Origin: Pseudovirgaria hyperparasitica
Lineage: Eukaryota
Direction: 5' to 3' (one strand)
Length of the DNA stretch: 64,000 nt
Assembly (NCBI GenBank): GCA_010093815.1
Contig: ML996569.1
This document shows positions 1-13,249 of this stretch, piece after piece. The translations under genes and the position numbers were made by a program. The stretch's first letter is position 1, and every line of letters begins with the position of its first letter. The notes beneath the pieces are model-generated. The model searched no databases. It was not told where the DNA came from and worked only from the letters and a program-made list of their open reading frames with translations.

Positions 1-1179
1 CAAGCAACCATGTAGCCAGGTCGCAGATTGGGTCTGTCTTCTGTCTGGCTGTCTGTCTGGCCTGACTGTCTGTCTGGCAAGCAACATGAGAAGTGACGAT
101 AATAGTAGTAGTGTTTGCACGCTCTACACGAACATACAGCCAGCCTTGTGGGTGAACCGAGGCTCCATGTGCTTTGCTCTCTGTTTAGATTGCACGTTGT
201 GCGAGTTGATAGGCAGTCAGCCAGTTATTGCGATGCGAATGACTCTTGACGTGCCGATTCCTGTGTGACGAGGACGTCGTCTTCCTACCAAACATGTCCT
301 GGAAGTGCGCACAAAGTACAAGGATGCGAGGAGCGTGATGGTGGCCTGCTCTCTCTGAGAGAGCAAGGCCTAGGTTGCGCAGGCCCCACAGCCGTTGGAG
401 CGCAAGATTGCTTCAGACTCGTGCTCGTCGCAGAAAAGTGATGAACCGCATCTTCTCCCGTCCAATGCGGCACGATGCATGCTGGGCGGCGATTGATGAG
501 GAATGAGTGGGGTGATGGAATAAATAGGCGAGCGGAGGGAGATGGGAAGACGAGGATGCATGGAAGATGGGCCATGCATGGAAGACGAGCATGGATGCAG
601 GGATGATGGATGCTTTCAACGGCGAGACGACTCATCCAGCCACTATACACGAGTCAGGTATCATGTTCTTGAGGGCCTCCTTCAGACAGGCAGAACGCGT
701 CTGTTAGGCGGATAGTGATATTGACCACGCACTCAATAAACAACTCGGATACACTTGTCAGTGGATGATCAAAAAAGGAAAACGACTCATGTTGCTCAAT
801 CTGGACTAAGGCATATAGACATGGAACAAAAGGCGACGGCCAGAGAACTTCCCAGCAGACTTTCAAAGGAAACCATAACATCACCTGCCGCCACAGCTGT
901 CGCGGCGAGATTCCCTTTGCCTGTTCGTTCTCTGGTCGTTTGATTAAAAGTATTCCCCAAAAGAGCCCGCCATAAAGCACGATGCTTTTCATGTGTTGAG
1001 ACACACACCACCAGCGGGCGAACCGGTGGCACATCTCAAACGTCACGTCCGCTCTCCAAGCACAATGGGAATAAACACTTAGATGTTGCCCTCGTCGTTG
1101 TGCTAGAAACACCTCCATACCCGCCGTATTCGTATTAGTCTATGCATATGATGATGGATGCGGTAGTGCCAGCGTTTGT

Positions 1180-2474
1180 TTATAGCAGTGTGAACATGGC
1201 AAGGCCCGTCAGGCCCAGGAAGGCAGACATGCCGAGCTTGATAGCACCACTGCCTTCGTCAGAGTTGGAGGGGTTGCCGTTCAGGTTCTGCGGGTCGTCC
1301 TGGCTACCAGCGCAAGTGATTCCTCCGCGAAGAGGCTTGCCGTCACCAGTCAGACCGTCATAGTAGTCACAGACGTCGGTGATGTTCTCTGAGCTCTGGA
1401 GGTTGAACTTGCCGTTAACCTTGTTCAACTTGGGGAGTGTGACACTGCGCCATTGTAAGCAATTGTCCTTGGATTTCGACTTGGGTCCAACTTACTTGGT
1501 GAAGTTTCCGGCAAGATCGACAGCAGCCTCGACATCGGTCAATTCCGGGAAGTCAAGTTCCTTGAGTTCGGAGTTGCCACCAGCTGCAAGGTCTTCGCCC
1601 ACCTTCTCGAGCAGAGGAAATGAGACATTGTTAAGCTTCTTGTTCTCAGTGAAGGATAGCGAACCAACAGTCGTCAAGTTGGGGCAAGCCAGATTCTCGA
1701 AAAGACTGTTTGTGAAGCCAAGTCCGCCCTCTACTTCAACCAGAGATGAGAGATCGACCATCGAGACGGCAGTAAGCTGGAGCTTCTTGGCAGACAAAAG
1801 GTTACCAAACTGGGCCGAGGTTTCAGCGTTGTTATCCTGGACGGTAAGCTCAGTGGAGACGTTGGTGACCTTGATGGCAATCTCCTTGAGGTATGGGTTC
1901 TGGGCGATGATCAGAGTATCGACAGTCTCAATGTTGATGCCTTCGAGGGTATTAAGCTGGGTGTTGCTGATGGTGATTGATTTGGCGTGGGTCAATTCCG
2001 AGGTGAAGCCAATGGAGCCGAGACTGGCCAGCGAAACCCATTTGAGGGAGTCTACGTCGGTCAATTTAGGGAAGCTCAACGAACCGAGCTGCGTGTCGGC
2101 CGTCAATCTGAACTCTCCACCAATCTTCTGGAGGTCGCTGGCACCCAACGAGCCGATGCCATTGTTCTCCTCCACGACGAGGTCACCAGTGATTTCCTTC
2201 AGGCCGCTGATCTGCACATCTCCAGAAACACCAGTGGCCATGGCAATGCTGCCGGTATAGGTCTTACACGAAGATAGGCCGGTGGCATCGGCATTGTTCT
2301 CGATTGTGGTAGTGGCCGAGTTACTGCATTTCTCGTCTTGAGCTGTGGCAGAGATTAGCTTTGTCCAAGGGGTTGGGCGACTACTGGCATCGAATCGAAT
2401 CGGGCCCATGGTTGGTACGTACCAAAGACGGCAGCACTAGCGGCTAAAACGGGGAGGATGAATCTGAGAGACAT
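1180..2474 (-). CDS. ECM33: GPI-anchored cell wall protein, Ecm33/Pst1/Sps2 family (3 exons: 2474-2423, 2342-1496, 1444-1180)
   Basis: Signal peptide MSLRFILPVLAASAAVFA; receptor-L-domain-like repeats (LSFPKLTDV, VSFPLLEKV, LDFPELTDV); hydrophobic GPI tail; canonical GTACGT/GTAAGT..CAG introns join the exons in frame. Confidence 0.9.
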
Positions 2475-4965
2475 TGCGTTGATGATTCGAGTCGTATTAA
2501 GTCGTGAACTGAGCAAGTAAGGTCAGACTGAAGACTTCATAGCGAGGACTCCTGAGATGGATTATAATACATACCCGACAAGTGTTGATTAAAACTGCAA
2601 ACGGATGGGGCGATGTGGACGCGACTGAATGCGGAGACAGAAAGATGCTGGAGCGAGAGTAGAGAAGAAGAGGAAAAGGACTGGAGTAAGAGGACAAACG
2701 AGAGTAGAAGAAGCCGAAGACAGGCGTGTGAAGAGAGAGGATGGGAAGGCGAGGCTGCGAACGTCGAAGCTGCCGAGTCAGAAGGATTGCGTGAAGTGAT
2801 GATGAAGAGAAAGAGAGAGAGAGAGAAGATACGAGGGAGGAAGTGAAGGGTTTGAGGAGAAAAGGAGAGGCGGCAAATCAATTGGTGCCAGGGCCAGGGT
2901 TGCCAAGGCGCTAGTGCTGAGAGGGACATTTACTACTAAATTGGCATCAACAAGCATGAGCCATGATGTGAGCACGTTCCACGCCACACACACACACCAC
3001 ACGGCTTGTCACTGTCATCATTAATCAAGCAAGCTGTACATTATCGTTATTGTCCTGGTCTGGTCTACAGATAAAGCATGCTACTGTAATTATCAAAAAG
3101 ACAATTGTAGTACACTGACGCTTCTTTGAATTATCGGCTGTCTAAACTATGCCAACACACTATCTCCCCTATTGGCTTCTGCTCTCCATAACCCTTACCC
3201 CTTGGTTCGTGCAGGCAAACTATACTGGACGGCAAACTATACTGGACGAAATGCGACTATAGCCCCGTTGCCGTCTCGAAGAATGACCATCCTCATTCTA
3301 CTGTACCTGAACACACATTATACCTAGGCAAATCCTCCTCTCCCCATACATAGTAGACCAAGCTTCCGATCATTCGATCTTCAAGGAGTAGGATGAAGGT
3401 GAAGACAGCAGCAGCATTTCTGTAACACCACCATACACGACCATTCGCCCCGCCAGCCAAACCACCCGCAGTCTCAAGGTCCAGCTCCAGATCACCACGT
3501 CATCTCCTCTCTGCCCACAAGACCGAGCGTATCCGATCCTGATATCTTGTCTGATAAGCTGAGATGAAGAATTGTCATGTTACAATGCCAGATAGAGCGA
3601 TAGCAGCCAGCTTGAACCAGACAGGGGATGCCATGCCCATGCCCAATAGCACCAATTATGGATTGGTGTTTCAACGGGGCGCCATGCAGCGACTGTGGGT
3701 ACAGTACAGCATCATCTCCTGCTGCTGCGCACGCACGCACGCACAGCGGAATATTGCCTGATTTATTCCTACTCTTTTCTGCTTTGCTTTGCTACAGTGC
3801 TGTGGTGTCTGTCTGTCTATCTGCAGGAGAAGATTGGCGTTGGTGATGGGCAGATAGATGACAACCACACTCACGTATTCGTGATGCGCAAAGGCATGAC
3901 TGGCAGCTAAGAAGACAGACAGCTTTGCGCATACCGTCATGGTCGTCGTCGTCGTCGTCGCCGCCTTGCAGCCAAAACGCAAGTAAAACGCGCTTTTTCA
4001 CAAGCTCGGCCTCGGAGTGGTGGCAGACAGGTCAAAGGGCAACAAAGCAGCCGACCAATCAGAGCGAGCGCAAGTCAAATTCCGGCCAAGCGTCCGTTCT
4101 TGAAACATCCATGGCGCGATCTGCAGGTAATTCGACTTGGAGTTGATAGTCTAGCGCGCTAGTCCCAGTTTGGCTAGACTGATGTCTGTCCGAGTCTAGC
4201 ACGACCATTGAACATACTGTTCGCATCATTACCGAATCTCCTGACCTGTTGCACACACATCCGTTTGGTACATGCGCATACATTATATTATGGTGTTATT
4301 ATATGAGCGACGTCATTTACTTTGTTTGCGGCTCCGATATTTGGATCGTGATCACCATCATCATCATTGTCATGAGGATGTATAGACTGCGATTGCGATG
4401 AGCTATCAATACGCCCACCCATATAACTGCTATCAGGCCCGAATTGCGCCCTCATCAAGCCTTCTTCCTTGTCACCACCCACCGACCCTCCTCCCTCGTA
4501 ACCTCTTCTCCCTTCTTACCATCGCTAGGATCCTGTAGACGGACCGTATCTTGACTGTAACAGTCAGCTCTTCCCCCTCAGTTGGCACCTCGTCAACAAA
4601 AGGGCGTACTAGCTTCACTGGGTGGCTCAAGTATAGCGGCAAGCAGTCCAACATGTTATGTCGAGGGCACAGTACAGTACGCAGCGGTATCACCCGCCAC
4701 GCCACATAACGGGCGATGATACCTCCCGGCTTCGGCACAGTATACGGGAGCGTTGTCCTGGTCGACCTTGCCATTCATTCTATAGAGAGCACACAAGCAG
4801 GTCAGCCATCTTGGGGAACAGTCTCATGGATCAGAGGAGGTCCTGCAGCTTGTCATCTCACAAGCTATGTTTAGAACACCTTGAGCAACATGCGGCGGAT
4901 GACTGTAGTATGCGCCGAGTACGCACACAAGTGGCATTCCATTGTAGATTGACCATCGCCTCCTC

Positions 4966-5734
4966 CTATGATGCACCACCTTTTCTAAACGAGACCTTTT
5001 CTACCGCGACATTCTCCACCCCGTTGGCGTCCTTGCGTAGCTGGTATACGTATAATACTAACACGTCTCCTTGTACCTGCAGTCACGTCAGATGAGTGGC
5101 ATAGAGCAACGCCGTCATTAGTAAAGGCCAAACTCACATCCATCAACACGAAGCTTGGCGTAGGGTCTTCCTCTTCTGTCCACCAATTCGTAGTCATCGC
5201 ACCTGTTGCACTCCCGGGATTCACAAAGAACTTGCCCTCCATCTCGTATGCCTCAAACTTGTGTGTTCCGCCCCATAGCAGTATATCCACATCCATCTGC
5301 CGCGCTGCAATCAGCAAACTGTCGCCGTCTCCGGGCGGTATTATGGTGTGGCCATGTACGAAGCCAATGCGTAGCGATCCGTGCGTGACGACTTTCTGGA
5401 GCGCGAGATTGGGGGCGTCGACGTCAAAGTCGCCTTTGACAATCTGTAGGTCAGGAGCGAGACCGCGGAGGAACTCGTATGTGTCTTTGTCGGTTATGTT
5501 GCCCAGGCAGAGGATTTGACCTATTTTGCCGGGTGCGAGGAGCTTCTTGAACTGTAGGCAGCCGTGTGAGATGAGGAAGGTTCGTATGGACTCGTGCTTG
5601 GAAATCTGACCTTGGCGGGGATATCCTAGAGGGTGTCAGTACAATTGAAGGTAAAGTAGGCGCAATTGAGAACGTACTGACGCCCTGTCTGGTATAAACA
5701 GGTCACCTAGACATAGCACCAATCTGGCGGTCAT
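4966..5734 (-). CDS. VPS29: Retromer subunit Vps29 (metallophosphoesterase fold), 4 exons including a 15-nt micro-exon
   Basis: Spliced product [42 protein letters not shown]...GGTHKFEAYE...NPGSATGA...PSFVLMDVQGDVLVLYVYQL, matching Vps29 motifs. Confidence 0.95.
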
Positions 5735-6360
5735 GGTGCGGGCCTGGCCGGTGAGCTGGCACAGATGATATTGGAGAACAGTCGTGAGGCCTTTGAGATG
5801 ACGGTTGCCGTAGACCGGAGTAATTGAGGGTTTATCAGAAGAAAGAGTGGTAATGGGCGCTTGACTAGATGCTTATGATAGCTATCGTGAGGGTGAAGCT
5901 TGAGTAGAAGCAAGCTGCCATGCTGCCACTGCTGCGCCACAGATGTACCAGCCACAATGTGTGGCGTGCCGACAATACCGCGAGAGGGGACAATTCACTT
6001 AGTATCATTAATACTGCATTATGTCTCTATTACTGTTGCATTCTCCATTTTTCTCCAATTGTCCTCTCTCGCATCTAGAACGTCACCATGCGGACTCTGT
6101 CACTATCAATGCCGCCTCTCCGCAGCTTCGGTGGCCCTAGCAGTAAAAATATTAGCAGTAGAAATAACAGCATAGGAAATGGACTCGCAAACAGACTGCT
6201 GCACTCACCCTCACATCCCCTAGAAAAGCGATCTCGTCCGCCCGGGTTTAGCTGCGATCCCGGCTATTCCCACTACCCCTCCTCCTCCTCTTCGTGCCTT
6301 CCAATTGAAGCTGCTTTGCCCCTCCGACTGCGGCTACCCTTTGCGACGCTGCCCGCTCCG

Positions 6361-7737
6361 ATGCGCCTTCCTCCCCAACATCAACCGACGTCACGATTGT
6401 CGCTCATACACAATCATCTCAGCGCCGCTCCACCACTTTCTCACAGCAACAACACAAACAACAACAACAACAATCACATTCACTCTTCAGTACAGCCGCG
6501 CAGACTCCATTCCACCATGTCGTCACAGCCAGAGCACCCCACTCTCCTCATCCCGGGCCCAATCGAGTTCGACGATGAAGTCCTCCAGTCCATGAGTCAC
6601 TTTAGGTAAAAGCCAAACACTACATATTCTCTCCGTTGTCTCACCATATCGCTAACGACCCTTCCCAGCCAATCTCATGTCGGAGCCCCCTTTGTCGAGA
6701 CCTTCGGCGAGGCTCTCTCCATGCTCCGCAAGCTCTTCGTCACATCCGACCCCAAATCGCAGCCCTTCGTCATATCCGGCTCCGGCACGCTGGGCTGGGA
6801 CCAGGTCGCCGCGAACCTGACCGAAGAAGGCGACGAAGTCCTCGTGCTGCATACCGGCTACTTTGCCGACTCCTTCGCCGACTGCTTCGAGTGCTACGGC
6901 GCGAAAGCAACACAGCTGAAAGCCCCCATCGGCGACAGACCGCAGCTCGATGCCGTCGAGAAGGCCCTAAAGGAGAAGAAGTACAAGCTCCTCACCGTCA
7001 CACACGTCGACACTTCCACCGGCGTGCTCAGCGAGATCAAGGCCCTCGCAGCCCTCGTCCACAAGGTCTCCCCTGAAACTCTCGTCGTCGTCGACGGCGT
7101 GTGCAGCGTGGGAAGCGAAGAGCTCCGCTTCGACGAGTGGGGTCTTGACGTCGTCCTGACTGCCAGCCAGAAAGGCGTTGGTGTGCCCGCCGGGCTCAGC
7201 ATCCTCATGGCCTCTGCCCGCGCCATCGAAACCTTCAAGGCGCGCAAGACGCGCGTGCCTTCATACTTTGCCTCGTGGAAGAACTGGCTGCCCATCATGC
7301 AAAACTACGAGGCCAAGAAGCCGTCCTACTTCGCCACGCCCTCCCCTCAGCTGATCCACGCCCTGCACACCTCCCTCACGCAGATAACGTCCCGCCCAAT
7401 CGAGGACCGCTGGGCAGACCACAAGAAGGCCTCGCAGAAGGTCAAGCAGGCCATGTCCGACTTCGGCCTCAAGCAGCTGGCCTCCAAGCCCGAGAACCAG
7501 GCCAACGGCATGACGGCCATCTATCTGCCCGAGAAGATGGAGCCGTCGCAGGTCCTGCCCCCCTTGTTGAAGAAAGGTGTGATATTTGCCGGTGGTCTGC
7601 ACAAGGAGATTGCGACTAAATATATTCGCTTCGGGCACATGGGCGTCAGCGTCACTGATCCCAAGCGCAACGATCTAGACAAGGCGATTGACGCGTTGAA
7701 GCAGACTGTCACTGAGGCGGGCTACAAGGCGCCATAG
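6361..7737 (+). CDS. AGX1: Alanine--glyoxylate aminotransferase (class V PLP enzyme); conserved core starts at ATG 6517, in-frame upstream ATG at 6361; intron 6606-6668
   Basis: TLLIPGP N-terminal motif, SGSGTLGWD, THVDTSTG, VVDGVCS, PLP-lysine motif TASQKG, YFATP and IRFGHMG. Confidence 0.92.
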
Positions 7738-7863
7738 AGGATTCCAAAAAGTTGGATTGGCAGGTAGAATTTGCATCACTGTACATGTATGCTATGTTGG
7801 CATATACGCAAGACATATAAAGTCCACCATCTATAAAAGAAATGTAAAAACACAATTCTACTA

Positions 7864-10800
7864 CTACCCAATCAGTCCCAACTTTTCAAACGCCTTTACA
7901 ACAGGCGGCTCCCTCCTCACTCTACTCTCCTGCATCGAATCCCACAACACCCCATCTGCCCCCTGCGGCCTCTCACCATCAACCTCCTCCTCCCCAATCC
8001 CCCTTTTCCCATCCTCCTTCTCCGGCTCCCCTCCCCCCTCAACGCCCCAAACCTCAGGCACACACCCAACACAAGCATCCACCACTTCACCCATCATCCT
8101 CTCCACCGCCGCCGCCCTCTCCCTCATCCCCCTCCTCACAAGCCCCACCACCACCCTGCCCGCCTCCTCACTCGTCCGATTCACCCGCTCCACCAACCGG
8201 CCCACACTCCCAACCAGATACTCCTCCTCATACACACTGCCCTTCTTCCCACGCGCCCGTTTACGCTCCTCCCGCCGCCGGTTCTTGCTCGTTTTGCGCG
8301 TCGTCTGGGTGTTGAGCGTGCTGCCGCTGGCATTACTGCGCGCCGTGTAGCGGGTCAGGAACGTGCCTGCGGAGGTAGAGGTGGAGGTTGGGGCGAGGGA
8401 GACGTTATCTGGGATATCGTGTGCGGAGGCGTCGTTGGACGTGGGATCGCCGGTGTAGAAGGCGAGGGGGTCGGAAGTTTTCTTTGCGCGGAGTTCGCGG
8501 ATGCGGGGGATTTGGAGGGCGAGTTGGGTGCGGATGTCGGCGAGGAGTTCGGTGATGGAGGCGGAGGCGTCGATGAGGGCGGTGTCGATGATGGAGGGGA
8601 TGAGGGAGGGTTGGGCGTGGAGGGTGAGGAGGCGGAGGGCGTGGGCGAAGAGGGTGCCGCGGCAGAAGAGGCGGGCGGCGGCGGGGATGTCGGAGAGGTA
8701 GTCTGCGTGGATTGTGGCGGCGGCGGCGAAGTCTTTTGTTTCGATGAGGGAGTCGGAGAGGGAGGAGGCGAGGGCGTGGAGGGCGTCGGGGGTGTAGGGG
8801 ACGAGTTGGGCTGTGGTGAGGGCCTCGCGCCAGAGGTGGGCGAGGGCGTAGGATTGGGATGCGGCGGCGTGGTCTTGGAGGAAGTCGTATGCGAGGCCGG
8901 CGTCGCGGAAGCGGTCGTTGGCGTGGAGGTGGTCGGCGTAGAGACGCATGATTTCGTTGAGTTGGTCGGGGGTGTATTTGACGAGTTCGAGGGCTTGGGG
9001 GTAGAGCTCGTGTTTCTGGGCGTAGGACTTGAATTCGTCGAATGCGGGGATGGAGTAGAGGTGGCCGAGGGCTTTGGCACGGCGACCGAGTTTGTCGTCG
9101 ATTTCGAAGGAGCGGCGAAGGGGTGTGAGTTCTTGGAGGGATTGCATGTATGGGAGGTATTCTCGGGGGTCCTTTTGGGATTGCTGGGCGATGAGGAGCG
9201 TGAGCTCGAGGTCATATAAGCCCAGTGCATGATCGTAAAGATGGTTGACATCGGCGAGGAAGCAGATGTGCTCAGCAGCCGCTTCAGCTCGTTCGCTGTC
9301 GTTCTCTGTTGCTTTGGTAAGTATACATTACTGTCGTGACCACCTGATCGAGACTTACTACGAATGTCACCCACGACTGTGAGACCAGCTTCCAGGTCTG
9401 GTGGGCTCTTGCAGACGTGGGCTGTAATTATGTTCTGCATGTTGAGGTCTGGTGTCTCGCTGAGCTCTTGCAGAATGGCATCACAGATGCGATTGATTTT
9501 GCCACTAATTGCCGAGCCCCCTTTTGTACCAGGGAGACTGGTTCCATTGACGGCCGCGTACGTCTTAGAAGGATCAGATGATGTATCCTTGGACGTATTG
9601 CGGTACATGGAAACTGTAACGTCCTCTTCCCTTAGCTGTGAAACGAACAGATCGAGATAGCCGGCATTGTTGAGTTGCTTGATAAATGCGCCGACATTTT
9701 GGAGGAACTGATCCGGGGCGTGATCATAAAGTATGTTCATGTCAACTCTCTGGGCCCTACAGGCGAGAAAAGCCTCTTTGTAGTCGATCTTGTCAATGTT
9801 TCTGCGTATGCCATCCAGGACCATGGCTCTTGGAAACACAGTCTCTAGATTGCCTCGAGGCATCTGCAAGACAATACTGTAGGCCGTAGGCATGGCCGTG
9901 ACCAGGCGAGCACCACGCTCTATCCTTCGACATCGCTCATCCAGTTCAGGTTCATCTGCCGGTACTTCCATGTCTAGCACAGTTAGCTCCTTGGATCTCT
10001 GGACACCAGACGGGGACTTACCTCTTGATGAAAGATGGACAAACTTAAGCAAGTGCTGTGTGGTGGTGAAGATGAGGTGTGCGGACGTGACAAGAAAGGA
10101 GGTGGCGTTTCGAGCTATCAGCCTTTCATTCGCATACAAGTTTCCACCATTGGTGAGACCAAAGGAAACGCTGTCGGCTGATTCCGATCGAGCGATATGT
10201 CCAACATTTTCCACCTCTCCAAGCGTGTGTGTAACCCTCACCGATGACACGCTTGCGGGAATGTTCTCACTTGGCTGGCGCTCCATCTCACCGGTAAGGG
10301 TCTCATACTGACTGACCTTGCCGTCTGGCTCCGTGAGGCAGAGATGCTGAAGATCGGAGCTCAGACTCATACCGCTGATGTTTCCATCCAGGGGAAATGT
10401 ACCAGCAAGCTCGATATCCCCTGAACCTTCACCCCGCCAGCAAAGACTAGCGTTCGAGTAAAGGTCATCAGCAATCACGAAGAGCCAGTCATTGTCATTC
10501 AAGACTATCTGCCGGGGTATTGCGCTTTGCAACTTGATCTTACGGCGCGAAAGCAGTCTTGGCATACGCGGTCGCTTTGAGTCAAGATAGTCGTACGTGT
10601 AGACCTCATCATGCGTCAGAACAGCGACTTTTCTCCCCGACGGCGCCAAAGCGACATCTTTGATGCTGCCGTCTACGGCCACCTCGTGCAGTGACACCGG
10701 TGGCGGCACGTTTGCCAGACGCAACGGAGTGAGTTTCAGGTTTGCTAGATAGATTTAGATCCCGTTGCATAAGTGAGCGCGATCTGGACTTACCACCATC

Positions 10801-12066
10801 GATGACTGCAACAAGTCCATGGTCGTGAGGAGGCGAAGTAGAACCAATGTGTGACATCAACTCGAATTCAATGTCTTGGAGGCGCTCTGATTACTGGTCA
10901 GTCACACGCATGTTGACGGGACTACACTGCTCCATACCTGCATTGTAAATCGTGACCTTGTGGGGCTTTTCAGTATGCCACTTTACGCCCATAGGGCTTC
11001 CACTTCTCGCATCGGCAACTGTGCGGATTTCTTGCTTGAGGTAGTAGTGGTAGTTTCCCATGGTCCAAAACTGCACCCTGTCCGCCAGCGACACGGCAAG
11101 GATGGTAGAATCAACATTCCACTGGAGCTCGATGGAGCTGCCAAGCTCCTTTTGTTCTTCCGGTTTCAATCTCAGACTGAATTCACCGTGACGAAGCCCG
11201 TTCCGCTCGAAGAAAACAACATCAATCTGCTCATTCCTTCGTTGTATCCCTGCGATCAAATTTCCCGACGGTCGCCAGCTGAGTGCGCTCTCCAAGCCGT
11301 CTACGGGCTCACTAACACTGTCTAGGACACCATCTCGAGAATACACCCGGAGCATGCGGCGCTTCTCGTCTTCAACAGTGTTGAGGACTACATAAGCGCC
11401 GTCACCTCTCCAGCTTATCGACGTAGACCGATCATCCAAAGCGCTGAGGACACCCTCATCTACATGTTCAGGCATGGTAGGATCGCGCAGTGCCTTGGCC
11501 CTTTTGCCTTTGAACTGCGTTTCTGATTTGCCCCAGCCGACAGAGACATGGTTGGATACCTTCACATCGTCCGGGGTCAGAGTGATGTTGACAACGGCAT
11601 CAAAGTCCTTGGTCATGTAGATTAGAGTCCCGGCATTCGTTGACAGGGCGAGCAGTTCCTCGTCCGGTGACCACGCAGCAGCCGAAATTCCAGCATCCAC
11701 CGATCCTACGATTTCGATGGCATCTTCCCCCGGAAGCGGCTGTTCTCGGACAAGCACAATATCCCCTCCTGCCAGGACAAGACATACACTAGATGTGTCG
11801 GTGAGAAAGTGCAGGCTCAGGATCCTGTCACAGTCCAGATCTGGGTTCGGACATGGCGCGTCCCAAGTTGCGATGGTGGAAATAGTGTGGGCACCTTGTT
11901 TACCTTCGGCAGTGTAGCGTTTCAGTTCAATGACAGCCTCTAGTGGTGACGGTCCAAAGGCACAGATTACGCCGTCTGTGGTTGTATCCCACGCAGTTGC
12001 AGTTAGTGGGAGAAGCTGGTCCGGAAAAATTGGCGCAGAGTGTCGTGATATGCGGAGGTTCCGCAT
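7864..12066 (-). CDS. ELP1: Elongator complex protein 1 (Iki3), multi-exon
   Basis: MRNL start, AAWSPDEELL, VGWGKSETQFKGK, SWRGDG, FFERNGLRHGEF, RRIERGA, LQMPRGNLET, QKDPREYLP, and basic C-terminal RREERKRARGKKGSVYEEEYL. Confidence 0.95.
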
Positions 12067-12374
12067 CGTGATGCTATGGCTGATGTTTTATACGCTTATT
12101 GTCATCCAGATCATGAAGTAATGAGGGCGATAGCTGTAGAGACTGTTTCATTCAAGAGAATGGTGCATCACGTTCCAGCAGTCGGTAACAATGAAGAATT
12201 GATACACTCAAATTTTAGTGGAGACGCCAAGAGTAGGGCTAAGCCAACGTCACTTAGGTAACTCTCATCATCGCCAGCTTTAAGGGTCCTTGCAAACTTC
12301 CAAACCTCACACACACACTCTCTCTATCTCCCCAACTTCGCAGAGCTATCGTCGTCGCATCTAAACTTCGCGAC

Positions 12375-13249
12375 ATGACGAAGACCTCACGACTCCTCAA
12401 AGCCCTCGCCTGGGCCCCCCAGCCCTCCTCCACCACTACCACGCTCTCCTCAACCCTCCCACGACGCAGCTTCTTCACCGCAACAAGAATAACCGCCCAC
12501 TCCAAAACATCACACATACCCGCGCCCGCACGACCACGCCCCCTCTTCTTCACCTCCCGCCACCCGCTCCGCATCCGCTTCAACAGCAGCAAACCACCGC
12601 ACGCAGCAAGCAAACCCGCCGCCCCCGGCTCAACCCCCAACCCAACCGCCCAGCTCGGCAGCCCAGAGCCCAGCTCGCTATCCGCACGCCTGAAGAAGCT
12701 GTCGCGCGAGTACGGCTACAGCGCGCTAGGCGTCTACTTTGCGCTCTCCGCGCTCGACTTCCCGTTCTGCTTTCTGGCCGTCCGGTTGTTGGGCACGGAT
12801 CGCATCGGGCACGCCGAACACGTCGTGATTGGGGCGTTCTGGGATGTCGTTAGATTGGTCGCGCCCGAGGCCGGGAGACATCAGGGCGATAAGGCGGTTG
12901 AGGCGATTACGGGCAAGGGGGCGAGTGAGGGGGAGAAGCGCGCTGTGGCGGTGAAGGAGGGCATTTTTACGCAGGAGGTTGAGGATGCGCAGAAGGCGAA
13001 TGAGGGTTCGGATGCTAGTAAGCTATTTTCCCGGTGTCTGACGAGTGATGCCTAGATGCACCATGCTAACTTTGCCATGTAGCTCTCTGGACACAGCTGG
13101 CCCTGGCCTACGCCATCCACAAATCCTTCATCTTCTTCCGCGTGCCCCTGACCGCGGCCGTGACACCAAAGGTCGTCAAGACACTGCGAGGATGGGGCTG
13201 GAATATCGGCAAGAAGACGCCCAAGGCGTCGAAGCCAGCGTCTTCGTGA
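12375..13249 (+). CDS. DUF1279/FAM210 family mitochondrial protein (Nat2-like); intron about 13018-13082
   Basis: R/S/T-rich presequence, LKKLSREYGYSALGVYFALSALDFPFCF, and last exon LWTQLALAYAIHKSFIFFRVPLTAAVTPKVVKTLRGWGW. Confidence 0.85.

Noticed and set aside
1..1118. Short ORFs and degenerate GCATGG/TCTG repeats
   Set aside because: No recognisable domains or codon bias; treated as UTR or intergenic sequence.
1379..2260. 293-aa + strand ORF
   Set aside because: Antisense shadow of ECM33 exon 2.
8355..9310. S/P/T-rich mucin-like tail of the 789-aa ORF and the antisense G/E/V-rich 266-aa ORF
   Set aside because: Off-frame read-through past an ELP1 intron plus extreme GC skew. The true frame is the Elp1 C-terminus.
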